From Paraspadella gotoi (taxonomy: Eukaryota > Animalia > Chaetognatha), in assembly GCA_051294375.1 (NCBI GenBank), contig CM119268.1, positions 231,437 through 295,436 of the forward strand: DNA of 64,000 bases, read 5' to 3'. The notes below the pieces were generated by a model. The model worked only from the letters and a program-made list of their open reading frames with translations, was not told the DNA's origin and searched no databases. Shown in pieces: positions 38,475-52,737 of the stretch (the stretch's first letter is position 1; every line of letters begins with the position of its first letter). The translations under genes and the position numbers were made by a program.

Positions 38475-39167
38475 AAAAAAAATTACATAAAAAATATTTA
38501 AAATAGATATAAATTATTTAAATTTTAATTTGTATAAAATAAGTGCATTAATAAAAAACAAAAAAAAAAAACAACTATTAAAAAATTGAAAAAAATTGAT
38601 AAAAAATATGCCAATTAATTTTGATATTTAAATTTTATTATTTTGAAATTGTGAGCGATTGAATTATTAAGCCAGAACAAAAGGGTTGCTATTTATTCAA
38701 TAATTTATTATTAAATAAATTCAAAAATATTTCAATAATGATTACTGCATTAAAAAGCTCTGAAGCTAAAAATATGAGGTACCCTTTTACCAATTGCTTT
38801 ATGTCATAACTACAGGAGTATGACTTGTTTCAATTTTTAAAATTTAAGTATCCTTTAAAATGGTCCCATACTTGTGCGCATATTCATTGTAATGAATAAA
38901 GTTTTTCGATCTGGTATTGGAGCAGTAAGCTTTTCTTAACAGACAGTTACCATTAGGACACACTTTATATCTTTAAATTTAAAAAACAATTATGGCCAGC
39001 TTTACTTTAAAAAGACATCGATATAATATGTAACAATACAATACAATACAAAGGACAATAGAATGTGTCGAAAATATTGAGCGATTGAACATTGTTTTTT
39101 GCTGCCTCTGTATATGTATATGTAATTAAAAATAATTGAGCCTTTTTTAAGAAAAATTTTGCATAAC

Positions 39168-39371
39168 AGTAACAGATAGGGAAGCCAGGTACTCTGGGAG
39201 TGAATAAACGAGACTGTGAGAGAGTCCTGATTGAAAGCTTGCAGGGACCTGCTATGTCATTATCTTGTAAGAGTGATGGAGGCCTTAAACCACCAAAGCC
39301 TGTCCAAAGTCAGAGGCAAGATAGCTTATTTATTAAATGAATGGATAATTTTTATATTGGTTGTACCAATT
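39168..39371 (+). mobile_element. 5'-truncated SINE-like insertion absent from copy B
   Basis: Shares ggtactctgggag with the 10.9 kb SINE. Its 3' part tgatggaggccttaaaccacc...ccaaagtc...agcttatttattaaa recurs at ~18950, 20505 and 55590. Empty site at ~62685. Confidence 0.6.
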
Positions 39372-42300
39372 TCATAAATTGAATTTTCTTTATAGTAATG
39401 TTTTTATAAAATTATAAAATTTAAAAATTATATTTTTTCTTTTATTTTAAGAACAGTTTCTGATTGGGAATAAAAAACTAAAAAACTTTTGTAAAATATA
39501 TTTTATAATATTTTTATGTTAAACGTGCAAAAAATGATTAAAACTTTTCATAATATAATAGTTTCAACTACGTAAAATAAAAAGGGAGACAATTTTGACC
39601 TTTTTTTGTTTTTGACGCTGAAGACATCGACATTTTTGATAACATGTTTTATATATTTGTTCTAACATTTTATAAAGATTGGGAATCTGTAATAATAACT
39701 CTCAAATATTTATTTTTAAAATGTTCTATTTTATAAGAATGTAACTATAAACATATTATATTTTATGATGCTGTTCACCAACAAAATGAGAAAAATATTT
39801 TTTGTACTCGATAATCATACTATCTATCATATCATATCATCTCAAATCATATAATATCATATCATACAATCTTTGTTTGTTCACTCAAATAAAAATGTTG
39901 TTCCCAAAAGCTCCACTCTAGTGGGCAATGCATCGGAATCAATGCAATACAAGCAATCCAATTGCTAGCTATAACCGCTAAATATATCATTTTTTTGTTT
40001 TAATCTCTTGAAATTTTAAAAAATAAACTTTTTAGTAAATGATTGATTTTTTTACTGTTCTTTATACTATCTTGTTTTTCACTTTACTATTTTATGGTGT
40101 CACATAAATTCCTTTCTACTTTTCCCCATTTTTTTATTCTCCTCTCTCCCCTTCCCTTCTTCTCCTCTTCCCTGCCTTCCTCCTCTCTTCCTTCCTCTCT
40201 TCTCCATCCTTCTCCCCCTTCCCCATTTTCTCTCACAACCTGCTATCCTCCCTCTTCCCTCTTCTCTCTCTCTCCCTTCCTTCCTTCCCCATTTCCTTCT
40301 CCCCTGCCTTCCTTCCCCTTCCCCTCTTTTCTTCTCCCTCCATTCCTTCCCCTTCCCCTCTTCTCCTCCCTTCCTCCCCCTCTTCTCATCTCCCTCCTTC
40401 CTCCCCCTTCCCTCTTCTCATCTCCCTCCTTCCGCCCCTTTCTCCTGTTCTAACTCTCTTCCCTTCGCCCCTGTCCCACACCCCCCCCCCCTCTTCTCTC
40501 CCACCCCTTCTCCTGTTGATATTCGTTCAGCGTTTAATCTCGCCTCACGCCGCAGGAACCCGCGTCTGTTATCGATGGCACGCCGAGGGGCAAGAGGAGG
40601 AAGAGANNNNNNNNNNNNNNNNNNNNNNNNNCACTTATAGCCACCCTTTCCAGGTATTTATAATCTTAGAAATGTTTTTAAGATAAAATTAAAGGTGGAA
40701 TCTCTATCTTAAGGTTGCTTATAACTAATCTTTTCTATCTCTTCCGGGCTTCGCTTTGTTCTGTGGTATGTTCCCCATTTTTCTAAATTTCCGGATATAA
40801 TTCCAATTTCACTCGCTTCCGACTCGACTTTCTAGTTAAGGGCACCTCGTCTCCGTCTGTGTCAACTTCTAGTTGCCGTTTTTTAGCGAGCTGCTGCTTG
40901 GTATATCTGTGGGGACTACTGTACTACCTCTTCGTTTTCCGTCATACAACAGTCCTCAGTCAATCAGTAGTCGGTTCAAATTGTGTAGTTTTGAGCCCCG
41001 GTAAGTTTTCTTTATTTTAAAGATTCAGCTTCAATTAATGCTAAATTGATCTCTTAGTATTCCTAGTATCGAATCACGAAAATAATTTATAATCAGCTTT
41101 TATTAATATTAATTGAATGAATAATACGATATGGCCCCAATGGCAATATTGGGGAACGAGACTTACAAGTTTTTTTATTAAAAGATTTTTAAGTCTGTGA
41201 AGGTATTTTTTTCTTTTATTATTATCTCAAGGCTTTTGGTCCCAAGTTAAGTAATTGCTTTTTGTATATCATTGAGCAGTTCTTTTAACTGTGCCCCTCC
41301 TGTTGACCGTTTACTCGCTTATAATCTTGTTTTGAAGACTCAAGTTGAGTCGAGATGTTTTTCAACGTTTTGCCTGTGTCTGACGTCTCCTCCGTCTCAC
41401 TTTGCTGTCTTCAATTGGTCAAGTGTATTAATGCTCTAAGTTTATCTAGCTTGTCTTCGCAGGATTTCGTTCTTGCTAGTATATGTTACGGAGCTTCGTT
41501 GCGTTTTAATGTTGTATCAAAAGAGGGCCATTTCTACTTTAACTATCTGTCATCCTGGTACAATTTTTAAAAAAATCACTCAAAACCAATTTATAAATTG
41601 ACTTCTTTTAATTTTGACGAACATCCAAAAGTTTTTTTCTTTTTTTGACCAAATGTTGCTTTACCAATTGAGGTACTTTTATGAGTTTTGTTAATGTCTT
41701 TAAACTTAGCTTTAGTCTTTTTACCAAAACTAATGTTATATCTAAAAAGCCTTTTAGTTATATACCGTTTTTTTTAAATAAATTTCAAGCAATTGATTCG
41801 TGATTAATTTATCTGTACTTTCGAGTCAAATAAAAAAATAATGATGCTTATTTGGTAAATGCCTTATGCAGGATGACTTTCAAGATTGTAGTTTTCGAAC
41901 AATATTTCATCTTTTATCCTTTCTCAATTCTTATAATCGTCCCCGTTGTACTAAGGAAATAACTTCTTTTTAATAAGGCTGGCTTGACGATCACTCACAG
42001 ACTATGAAGTAATATCGTGTATATAATCTCTGGCTGTTAACTCGATAGGTGAGTACAATTGTAAGTACAAGATAGCGGAAATGGTTCTTTTGGATATGAC
42101 TTTGAATATATGTCAAGTGCTGTGATTAGGTCTCTTTCTTAAATTAAGAGAGACATTTCTCTCCTCCATGAAATGTTTCACCCAGTCTTGATAAGTGATT
42201 TAAAGATCTGAAAACAGATATTAAACGTGTGAAAAAATGCTTGTGGGACACTTGAGTATCTAAAAGGAGTGACGATTCTAATTACAAAGCAAACTCCAAA

Positions 42301-43029
42301 AATAAGTTTTGTAAAAGATAAGGTCTCAAAACACTGCTCGAAATAATTTTGCCTGATAGGTGAATAGGCACGCTATTAAGTTGCTAAGTTCGGACTATTA
42401 CTCAATAATTCCTTGTTTTGGATTTGTTTAACTGGATTAGATTTATCATTCTATATATTATGACTTGTTTTCTTGGAACACGCGAGTGAGACAGGTCGTG
42501 GTGGATAGAAATTCCGTCAAACATTAGAAAGTGGGAAACGCTGACGGATATATTCCTTCGCCTCCTTTTATGTTATCATCCTTCTCTGCTATGAATGTAA
42601 CAAAGCTAGGTTCGTAACTTTGTCTTCAATTCGAAGATCTTTCTCTAATAGTAAATCTAAATTGACAAAATTCAAAACAATAAAACGATGATTATTATAA
42701 TTCATTTTTATTCCATATTATAGAGACTATAGGAACGACTCGGCCTTTTTAATAAAGGTCGATTTACCAATACTGGGAAAGATGCACCAAATAGCCAACA
42801 AATCAAAACCATTCTTTTTTGATTTACCTAGGGGTGCCTGTTAAGTAAGACTCATTGGTCTTCCCTCGTCGCTAATATTCGGACATGTTTTTAAATTAAT
42901 AACACGAAAATTTTTAAATATAAATCATAAATTAACTAATAAAAAAATGAAATTTTATGTAAAAGCGAGATTAATAAAATAAACCCTTTTACTTCTTCCT
43001 CCCTTTTTTCTTCTTCCTTCACGTGAATC

Positions 43030-43385
43030 TCGGTTTTAATATTTTTGACGATAGTTTTATTTTTGACGATGGTTTTAATATTTTGACGATGGTTTTTAAT
43101 ATTTTGACGATGATTTAATATTTTGACAATGGTTTTAAATTATTTAATCATGGCAAAGTTAAAGAAATACGCTAGTGATAACATTTTAAATCTTAGGGAA
43201 AAATTTAAAATCCTTAATAATTAATTTTAATTAAAATAGAAATTTTAAACCATTAAAAAACATCTGCGGAAAATAAAAAACATCGGAAAAATTGAAAAAA
43301 CGGATCGGAAAAATTTAAAAGCAATCCAGTAAGAAAATTTAAAAGCATGGGAAAAAATAGCAAAATGCACTCGGGACAAAAAATA
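43030..43385. repeat. Short-period tandem repeats (~20 bp ttttaatattttgacgatgg; ~18 bp aaaaatttaaaagcatcgg)
   Basis: Directly visible. Confidence 0.75.
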
Positions 43386-43444
43386 CTAAATATATAGATC
43401 AGGAATAATCACTGTTGGAAAATCCCATACTCATCAGTTAGAGT

Positions 43445-44360
43445 TTCTTTAGTATCAAAGTGGGACCGTAAAAATATTAAATTATTAAAGAAATAAACTA
43501 GGACTCTTCGAGCTCGAGGAATTTCCAGTCAAACTTTGCCAGTTTTAATATTTCCTACAATATTTCACAGTTATTCTTTATGTATTTAAAGTGGACCGTA
43601 AAAATTTCAAATAATACTAAGGTGTAAATAACTTGTCATTAAGTATTTTTCCCAGGAAAAATTATCATAGTTAATTCTTTATGTTTACAAAAGTGTGGAC
43701 GTACAAATATTAAATTATATAAGAAAATAATAGGAACTGTTCGTACTCGAGTTAATTTCCATTTCAACTTGTATTTTAAATTTTCTCCTACAAAATATCA
43801 CAAGTTAATTCTATTATGTACAAAGTGGTGGTCCGTAAAAAAATATTAAAATTATATAAAGAAGATAACTAGGATCTCTTGATGCGACTCAGAGAATATT
43901 TTCTAGTCCAATTGTTTGTTATTCTTAAATTTTTTCACTACACAAATTTCATATTTAATTCTTTTACTGTACAAAGTGTGGACCGTAAAAATATTAAAAT
44001 TATATAATGAAATGAAACTAGAGACCCTCTATCGACTCCGATCGACACCGATTTCCAGTCAAACTTGTATTTTAAATTATTCCTACAAAATTTCTAGTAT
44101 CTTTATGTACAAGTGTGGACGTAAAAATATTAAATTATGATAAAGAAATAACTCAGGACTCTTTACCGGACTCTAAAAAATTCCAGTCAAACTTACATCT
44201 TCTAAATTTTTCCTACAAAATTTCACAGTTAATTCTTTATGTACCAAAGTGTGGACCGTAAAATATTAAAATAACATAAGAAAAACTACTAGGGACTCTC
44301 CGACTCTAAAAATCCATGTCAAACTTACGTTTAAATTTTTTTCCTACAAATTTTCACACT
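43445..44360. repeat. ~130-bp satellite, about 7 copies
   Basis: Anchor aaagtgtggaccgtaaaaatattaaa recurs near 43460, 43590, 43695, 43825, 43975, 44112 and 44248. Confidence 0.9.
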
Positions 44361-45376
44361 GCCCGACTCTCCGCGACACTAATACTTTTCTTATATGGTC
44401 AAAAATCTCCGTAATAAACTATATTGTATTAAATTCCCACTTATTACTACTTGTACCTATCCTTTAAACACTAATAAATGAGTTAAACAATACTCTCTTT
44501 ATCAAAAATAATGCAAGTCACAAAAAAGTTCATCAAATTAGAAACGTTGTCTTAAAAATTATTTGTGGACTAACCTGAAAAGAAGTTTTTTTTTGATAAT
44601 GTTTGCAGCTCGTCTCGAAGCTTATTTAATAGGCTATGGATTTTCTGTTATTCAACCAATTTGATTGTATTTTTGTTTAAACAAATTATGATAAAGGACC
44701 TTGAAACTGCAACTTTTTTGACTTGTTAACTTTAAAAATTAATTCATAGGCAAACTATAAAAATGATTTAAGCAAACTAAATTCTCCACGGGGTTAAAGA
44801 AGATAAGGAATGAGACGCGATTCAAAGTTAAAAAAATTCGCTTTCTCAACTTTCCTTGGCATTCAATCATAGGTCGTAGTAAAAATGGACAAAAGATGGA
44901 CATATTTTTTTTTCCTAAGTTGCCCAAAACTGGTACTCTTTTTATTCATTAGAAACGCGGTGGATAATGTTCTAACCAATCCTGTGCGTTCACTAATTTT
45001 GTGTTGTGGCACAAAGTTAATCAACATTGTAAGTAACAACTGAACAATAGCGGTGGAAACCGATCGTTTTTTCCTAGAGATGCAACGTTTGTTATGCCGC
45101 CGTAACACATATAGCTAAAGCATAATGTAGAAAAGCAATCGATAAAAACAAATCAAATATCTCTTGTAAATTTCCATTTTGCAGTTGCGCCGTAACGTGG
45201 TCTGGGGCCTCAAAAAGATGACGGATAGAGAAGCTAGGTGGTACATGATTGACTAGATAACTCTATTTTGAAGTTTACCTAAATAATTGTAGATTGCCAA
45301 AAGTTGTATTAGTAATCAAACAGTTTTAAAATATTTGCGTCTTACTCCCTTGAGATCTAAAAATGGAATGTACCGC

Positions 45377-48300
45377 TGACGTTTAGTCAAATAACGAGGG
45401 TAATAATAAGTGGCAAGGTATTGGATTGAGGAATAGTTTTATTTTAATTGACGGAACAATGATTAGGGGCTGATGACACAGATACGAGATGACCGATGAC
45501 AAGGTTAAGACATAAGTTTGATGACATATTAAACCACAGTTCAATAATTATTTGAAGAAGTGTTCTTTTCTGGAGTTTGCGGTGCTAGAGATGAATGCCT
45601 AGAGTTCTTTCGCATTTTGACCATCAATTCCCTCCGTCTCGGTCTCCTCTTCGGTCATTGCGTCATTCTAACCGGTTGAAAAACTAAGGTCTGTGATTCT
45701 GTCGCATTCTTTGATGCATTCGTGGAAGGAGGACGAGCAATCACATCACTTAGGCAACTCAATCCGTTTTATAGCGTCCATTCGCTCGTTTGATGTCACC
45801 CCCATCTCTAGTCGACGAGGCGCCGTGGCGTCTTAGAACACCAAAACGAGTCTTTGCAGGTGTCCATTGCACACTCCAGGTATGCGGGTGATAAGAGGAG
45901 AGCTGACATCTCTTTGTTCTTGAATAATGGCTTGTCAGCCAAGGGGTAAACGGGTGTTGATGGCTGGACGCGTCTTGGTTTCTGAAAAATTGATAGAGGG
46001 GTTCTTGGAAAGAAGTGGTTCAATTCAGTTCATTAGTTTTGGAATGTTCTTTGGAAAGCTAGTGGTTTCATTTGGTCTTGAGTGTAGCACAATGGGTTTT
46101 GAAAAAGCAGGTGGGAGGCGGTTTATATGGCAGTTTGACTGTAGTAAGGTCTAAGGGTTTGGCCTTAGAATACTGAGGTTGGATCAAAAGTTTTTTTGGT
46201 CAAAATGAGCACAAATCTGAGGCAAGCGCCGCATGACTTTTGGTCTTCTAAGTTTTTATTTGGGAATTCCATATTATTGAAACTGTGGAAGGCATTGATT
46301 ATGGATTCACGAGGGGCGCCCACATTTGGATTAGGTCTGCAAATCAAAGTGTTGTGGCCTGAAATTGTTGTTGTCTAACACTCTTTGTTTTTGTTGTGTT
46401 TCGGATAATTCATACTCACTTGAACCTTGATAGTACTCACTGTTTTTATGCATTCTTGAGGGCCTGGCAGATTCTTTTTTGGTTTGGTTTTCTTTTTGGG
46501 CGTTTGCACTGTAAGTTTGATGAAAAGAAAGAGGCTGCATTCCAGGGTTCATTAAGGAGCTTAACTAAGGTGTTGAAGTCTGGAAGTTTGATTCCATTTC
46601 CTGCTGTGGGAGCCTCTGTTTTGCGATGCTGACATTAGACATTGTGGGTATGGTGAATTTTTCAGCTTCGTTTGGATGCAGAATTAGACATTACAGGTGT
46701 TGTTTTGTTCAGGCATTTATCTTATAGAGGTCAAAGTTTGTGTTTCTGCTTCTGTCTTGTACTTACAGGTTGTTTTAAATGTAGTTACCAACTCCGTATG
46801 AATCTTTACTTGTTTCTGAGCCCCGAGTCATCTTCTTTGAGCTCATTTTTTATTTCACTCTCTTCTAATCCTCCTCGCGATTTTTCGATTTTTTTGCAAT
46901 TTTCCTTTATTTCCATCCTCTTGCTGTTCTTTTCTTTTTCTGTTCTCCAGGGAAGGGGGAAGTGGTAAAAATCTAATTTGATTTTGCCTTTTTAATCCAG
47001 TGCCTCCCACTACTTGAGTCTTTAGTCATGTTGACTGTCACGCCTTCCAGGGGTCTACCAATTAGGCAAAGCCTTAACCATAAATTTTTGCAATATTGAG
47101 GCAACATTTTCTTTCTTCTGATGAACCAGAAAGATGACTCTCTGATTTTAGACTACCTCGCTACTTATCTTCAAGGGAAATTTTGCCGAATTCTTTTTTC
47201 TTGCCGTTTTTTCAGTTTTTTGCATGTTCTCAGCCAATGCTTTTTGTGGCAGTTATATATCCATCTTTTACTAAGTAAAAAAGAAAATTTCATCCGTTTA
47301 CATCACGTGTACCCTTGCCGTTTTCTAATCTCATAAAAATGTTGGAAATCTTCAATATTACTTCTTGCGAAGGTTCCACCCAGCCACTGTTGCCAAGCCG
47401 GGGATTGGAACTCCTCTCTTCCATTAATTCCTCAGGCTAGAGCGATATTCCCGGAGGCGCGCCCCTCATTTCAAGTTGGTATTTATTTTTGTATTTTCTT
47501 TCAAATTCATTCCCATTCTTTTTTCTCTACTTTTCTCAATTCGAATTGTATTCCTTTATTTCGTTCTCCTCGTTTGCACGTTTTTTCTATTCCTTTCTTT
47601 TTTATATGTCCTTCTTTTTCTCCGTGCTAGCTCTGCCTTTACTCGTAATTTATCCGACTCTGGCATTTGAAGCGACAATGTATGCATTTAGAATTCTGTA
47701 AAGCGTAAACCAAACACCGTTGAAATTTCTTTGAAACCCAATGCAAATCTTTCAGTCAATTTACTACTGATATTAACCAGTGAGGTGCTGATAGATTGAT
47801 GACAAGATCATATAGGATAGTCCACTGGGCTTCTGAATGCGATGTCTGGCCTCATTTGTTCCCCAATTTTTTGGGTTTTTTTCAAAAAAAAAAAACCATA
47901 AAACTTTGCTATTCCCTTTAGGCTCCATCAAGTTGAGGGCTTGTCTGATAATCTTTGTGTAGAGTTCGCACTTCTTTTGCACTATTTCATTCTCATTGGC
48001 AGATGGTGTGGGTTGGAGTAAGGATGGTGGGATTAAAAACAAAGCTTAGAAGCGAAGTGTTCAAAGTTGTTCTGAATATCTACATTCCTGTCATTTTGAC
48101 AATGTGGTTCTTTTTTCGGGGTTTCTGTTGCAAAAACCCATTTTCATCGAGGTTTTTTTTGAGATTATTCTTTGTTTATTTTTTATTTTTGTTATGGATG
48201 GATTCTTTTGCGATTCAGGAGAGAGGGATAGGGAGAGAGGAGAGAGAGAGAGAGAGAGACACGATCGATTGATCTTTTTTTCGATTTTCTCTAAGAATTC

Positions 48301-49332
48301 GTCGGATAGATCGATGGACTGGCTAGCAGGATTTTCGGAGGACGGAGAGGGAGATTTACGTTTCTCGATTTCGGGTTGTTCTTTGTTTGGGAGTGGATGC
48401 TGGTGCAACGTGACGACTGTAGTCTCAAAGCACGATGGGGCAGGCTGAGATCCGCCGCTGGGAGATATAGGAATTGTTTTTGCTTAATGGAAAGTTAGGG
48501 AATATGTACGTATTTTCATTTGTCTCTTTTCAAAAATGCTTCTTTTTTTTTTTTTTTGACTAAGATGTGGAGAGGATTTTTAGATATTGATTTTCGTTGT
48601 TTTTTTAGTTTTTTTGTTACTCAGGCTCACGTTATTACGCACTCCTGATTTTCCGCAACAAAAAAGTGTTTATAATTTTAAGTTAAAAAAGTTTTATTTT
48701 CAATATAAGAGGGCGCTTGAAGGAATAAAACTTTGTATTGTTTCTTTTTTTTTGGGGGGGGTTTATCTTTTTTATTGTGTTTATAAGCTATTTGCGTTAA
48801 AATTAAATGTGTTGGCCAACGGATGTAATCTTTTCGAGTAGGGTAAGCGTAGTTTTTTTTCGAAGTAGGGATAGCGGTAGTTTTTTAATTTAGTCTCTTT
48901 TCAGAGGAGTGGGAGTCGAATCCACCGGCTGCCACCACGTGGACGTTTAGTCAAATAACGGGGTAAATAATAAGTGTCAAGGTATTTGGTGAGAATAGTT
49001 TTATTAATGACGGACATGATTTAGGGTGATGTACAAGATAACGATGACCGATGACAAAGGTTAAGACAAGTGTTGACAATATTAAACAGTTCAATAATTA
49101 TTTGAAGAAGGTTCTTTCTGCAGTGTCTTGGGTGTAGAGCATGAATGCTAGAGTTTCTCTTAGCATTTGACCATCATCCCTCGGGTTCTCTGTCGCGTCA
49201 TTGGTCATTCTAGGCTTGAACTAAGGTCTGATGATTCCGTTCAGCATTCTGATGATTCAGTGAAGGAAGACGAAGCAATTCACATCACTAGGCCACACCA
49301 AGTCCGTTTATAGTCCATTCTGTTGGATGGTA
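45377..49332 (-). mobile_element. ~4 kb LTR retroelement with two ~400-bp LTRs, tRNA-Leu-type PBS, PPT and gag-like interior; no pol detected
   Basis: LTRs 45377-45798 (TGACGT...ATGTCA) and ~48940-49332. Minus-strand PBS TGGTGGCAGC(C)GGTGGATTCGA at ~48916-48937 and PPT AGAGATGGGGG at 45799-45809. Possible degenerate zinc knuckle CGACLRF near 46215-46233. Confidence 0.8.
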
Positions 49333-51129
49333 CTAAAATCTCGGCTCCCTTCTTCCGTCTCTCTTCCTTTGTTTAAATTCTACTAGACAAAATTGGTTTA
49401 CAAAATAGGCGCTGAAGTTCCTGGGAATCTGATGTATCAATATTCAAACTTTGCCGAACTGAAAAATTTAGAGAGACAAGAAATTTGAACGCAAAGTTTA
49501 ATTACTAAATTGGAGGCTAATTTAAAATATTAACTAACATCTCCCTTCCCAAACAAATTTTGCTTCAATGGCAAATAACATGTAGTAAGCTAAATAGTGG
49601 GTACCAAATGATCACATGTAAGGGCAGTATATAGTACAAATATCTTAAGTTATAACCAGTAATTACATTATCTGCCATCACATATAGCTAAATTGAGAAG
49701 TAAAATTAAGGACAAAAATAAATCTGCGCTGCATCTAATATGGAAAAAACGTAACAAAAATAAAATTGTTTTTGGAAAATAAGTCAAAACTGCGGCCAAA
49801 CAGTTCGGAACTAAATGTAAAATTAATTTATATATATATAATATATATTGAGAACAATATGTAAACAAAATCAAACAAACATTCCATCCCAATATGGCAG
49901 TATTCACGCCCAAAATCGTTCATTTCATTCATCAATTTTCGATATTTTTTTCACAAATCAACGAAAAAATTTTTACTCGATCTAATTGGTCAATTCAATT
50001 AGGAAAACTCATTCTGCCTCTTCCTTTTTCCTAACCCAAAATGGTAGTGTAACGGATCAAGTTTATTATCCTCTTTAAAGGTGCGCAAATTATAATTAAG
50101 TCATCAATTTCCAAAAGTATCAATCGTTCATAATTTTAATTTAAATTCAAACAGTGACGGCAACCTCAGTTTGCTGAGAGTGCAGAGAGCCGCAAATGTC
50201 CTTTTAACGGTGTAAAAGGGTAGAGGATCAGGACCTTAGGTAAGATTTCTTTTGCAGTGCGGGTTTTAGTTAAAGTAAAATATAAAATATTAATTTGGTA
50301 AGAATTTCGTTAACACTAAGGCAGGAAACTGTTTTCGTTCAGTCTGCTCACCAACTCGGCTGGAAAAATAATCACTGTTCCATTCCATCACAATCAGGTG
50401 TTTCGGATTTGTCAGCCTGACCATTCTAATCTTTACTGGTCGTTCTTGTTGCATTGTCATTTGTCTGTCTGCATTGCTCATTGGCATCGTCGCCCTATTA
50501 CTAACACAGTAAATTGTAACTAACATTCATTCTTATTCTCGTACTCATCTAATTACAAGAGCAATGCCCATTAGTAACTGGAGTAATTTTTTTGATATAT
50601 CTAAACAAACATAAAAAAACTGGATGCAGAATTGCTTAGTTTTGTACATATGCAGAACATTCTGAATGTTCCACTAGTGAGAAATAACCAACAGTGGTTT
50701 AGTTATTTATGGGTTTGTATGTGCGTTTGGTATATATCATTAATTTGTGGAAAAGATTCCAAAAACAACATGAATAATGTTATATTATCATCCAATGTTT
50801 CTTGCTTATTTAGAAATAGGACTTTTTTTCTTATCCAACAAATGGAATCTAGAGAAATAGGGGATGGAGTTCAAATTACCAAGGCAGAAAAAAGATGCAT
50901 GTCCATGAAAAACCTCAAATGGTTTTAGTCAACTTAACAATCCGCATGACCCATCACAAGAAAGAGAGAGGAAGAGAGAGAGATGAGACAGAGAGAGAGA
51001 GAGGAGAGCCAGAGAGAGAGGAGAGAGAGGATTGCTAGAGAGGTAAGTCGGATGATTTAACTGATATCATTTTCCGTCACTCAGGTTTCAAGTCTACATT
51101 TTTTCAATGCGAATGAGAAGGAAAACGAA

Positions 51130-51700
51130 TACGACCACGACGACATGATGACGATGATGATGATGACGATGATGACGATGATGACCATAAGGACGACAGT
51201 AGTTATGGCCGAAATAATGACCAGGAAGTGGTCACAGACGACAACGACGACGACGATGAGGCAAACAATGTCATACAGAATTATGACATCAATAAATGAG
51301 ACGAAAACGACAAAGACGACGACGAAAATGACGACGACGACGACCACGGTGACTTTAAGGAAGATGATGATCATAACAACAACAACAACCATTTCTAACT
51401 GAACGACGAAAATAACATAAGACAACAACAAAATAACAACAACCAGAATCTCACTGTAATAAACAATGAAAAGAATGAATACCTTTTGTGCCTCTAGACT
51501 TCACAAGGGCGTTGGCATTTAGACGACGACGACAAAGACGACAACGACGACGACGACGACGTGTTGGATTCGCTTTTGCAAAACGGCAATAGACGATCGT
51601 TCATATGCAAATGGGTCTTGGCGAAAAAAGGTAGAAAAGAAAAGAAAAGAAAAGAAAAGAAAAGAAAAGAAAAGAAAAGAAAAGAAAAGAAAAGAAAAGA
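51130..51700. repeat. (GAC/GAT/AAC)n low-complexity tract followed by (GAAAA)n microsatellite
   Basis: Directly visible. Similar GAC tracts at 17690-17900. Confidence 0.85.
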
Positions 51701-52737
51701 GAAATAAAAGGTGAACTTATTTCATAACCTCACTTCGTATCATACCTTGTAATTTCATTGCATCTCAAATGTTGACAGGTTCTGGTGAAATATATTTGTC
51801 ACTGGGGTCATAAAAACTGACAAGGAAATTACTCCTCTTCTATAGTTGCGATATAGGTTAATATTTGGTGAAAAAGATGATAACAAAATTGGAATCTGGC
51901 TGTAATAAGTCCACAGTATTCTTAACATTTTTTAAAATGACAAGATATTTGTTAAAACGATTAGTTAAGCATCGAACCGGCTGGGAAAATCCTAAGTATT
52001 AAGGCAGAACAGAACAAACTAACAGTCCTTTTAAACGTTAGTGTCTTTTGTTTTTATTGGAATTTCAATACATAGTTTAGTTTTCCAGTCTTTTACACTG
52101 TTACTGTTATGATTATGTCAATACTGTTTTTGGTAATATAATAAAAAAACAAAAAAAACTAACATACGTCAGTATAAGTTAAAAAATTAAAAAATTAAGA
52201 ATTATATTTTAGTTAAACTTATCCTAAACGCATGGAAGCTATTTTATATTATCCAAATATTATATAATGTCAAAAAAATTGTTGGTAAATTTTAATTTTT
52301 TTAACCGATTCTGATAGAGCTTAAAAAGTTAGATGAAGGTTATTATNNNNNNNNNNNNNNNNNNNNNNNNNNNNNNNNNNNNNNNNNNNNNNNNNNNNNN
52401 NNNNNNNNNNNNNNNNNNNNNNNNNNNNNNNNNNNNNNNNNNNNNNNNNNNNNNNNNNNNNNNNNNNNNNNNNNNNNNNNNNNNNNNNNNNNNNNNNNNN
52501 NNNNNNNNNNNNNNNNNNNNNNNNNNNNNNNNNNNNNNNNNNNNNNNNNNNNNNNNNNNNNNNNNNNNNNNNNNNNNNNNNNNNNNNNNNNNNNNNNNNN
52601 NNCTTTTTAATTCATTTTTAAATATTCAAATTTCTTAAAAAATTTTAAACACTTCCTATATATTATAAAATATTAAAATGTTTCCATGCAAGAGGAAAAT
52701 GAATATAATCAAAATCTAACATAATGAAGAGACAGTA

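Larger units (their letters stand above)
19960..40500 (+). repeat. Copy A of a large direct duplication (copy B ~55020-64000)
   Basis: Colinear anchors: ccaagtactagaagtttaacc (19977/55030), 42-bp minisatellite, gatgtagagag array, GA tracts, aaattacataaaaaatattt (32178/62000), CT-rich tail. Confidence 0.9.

Noticed and set aside
32170-39050. 560-bp direct repeats (32170-32735 and 38474-39050) as LTRs or a giant target duplication of the Gypsy element
   Set aside because: The sequence is ordinary flank present once in copy B. The real LTR signals and PBS lie internal to it, and the left copy ends at a 25-N gap, so it is most likely an assembly overlap.
43445-44360. Regularly spaced repeats as a CRISPR-like array (also the 42-bp array at 56310-56912)
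   Set aside because: The whole unit is repeated with no unique spacers, there are no cas genes, and the context is eukaryotic.
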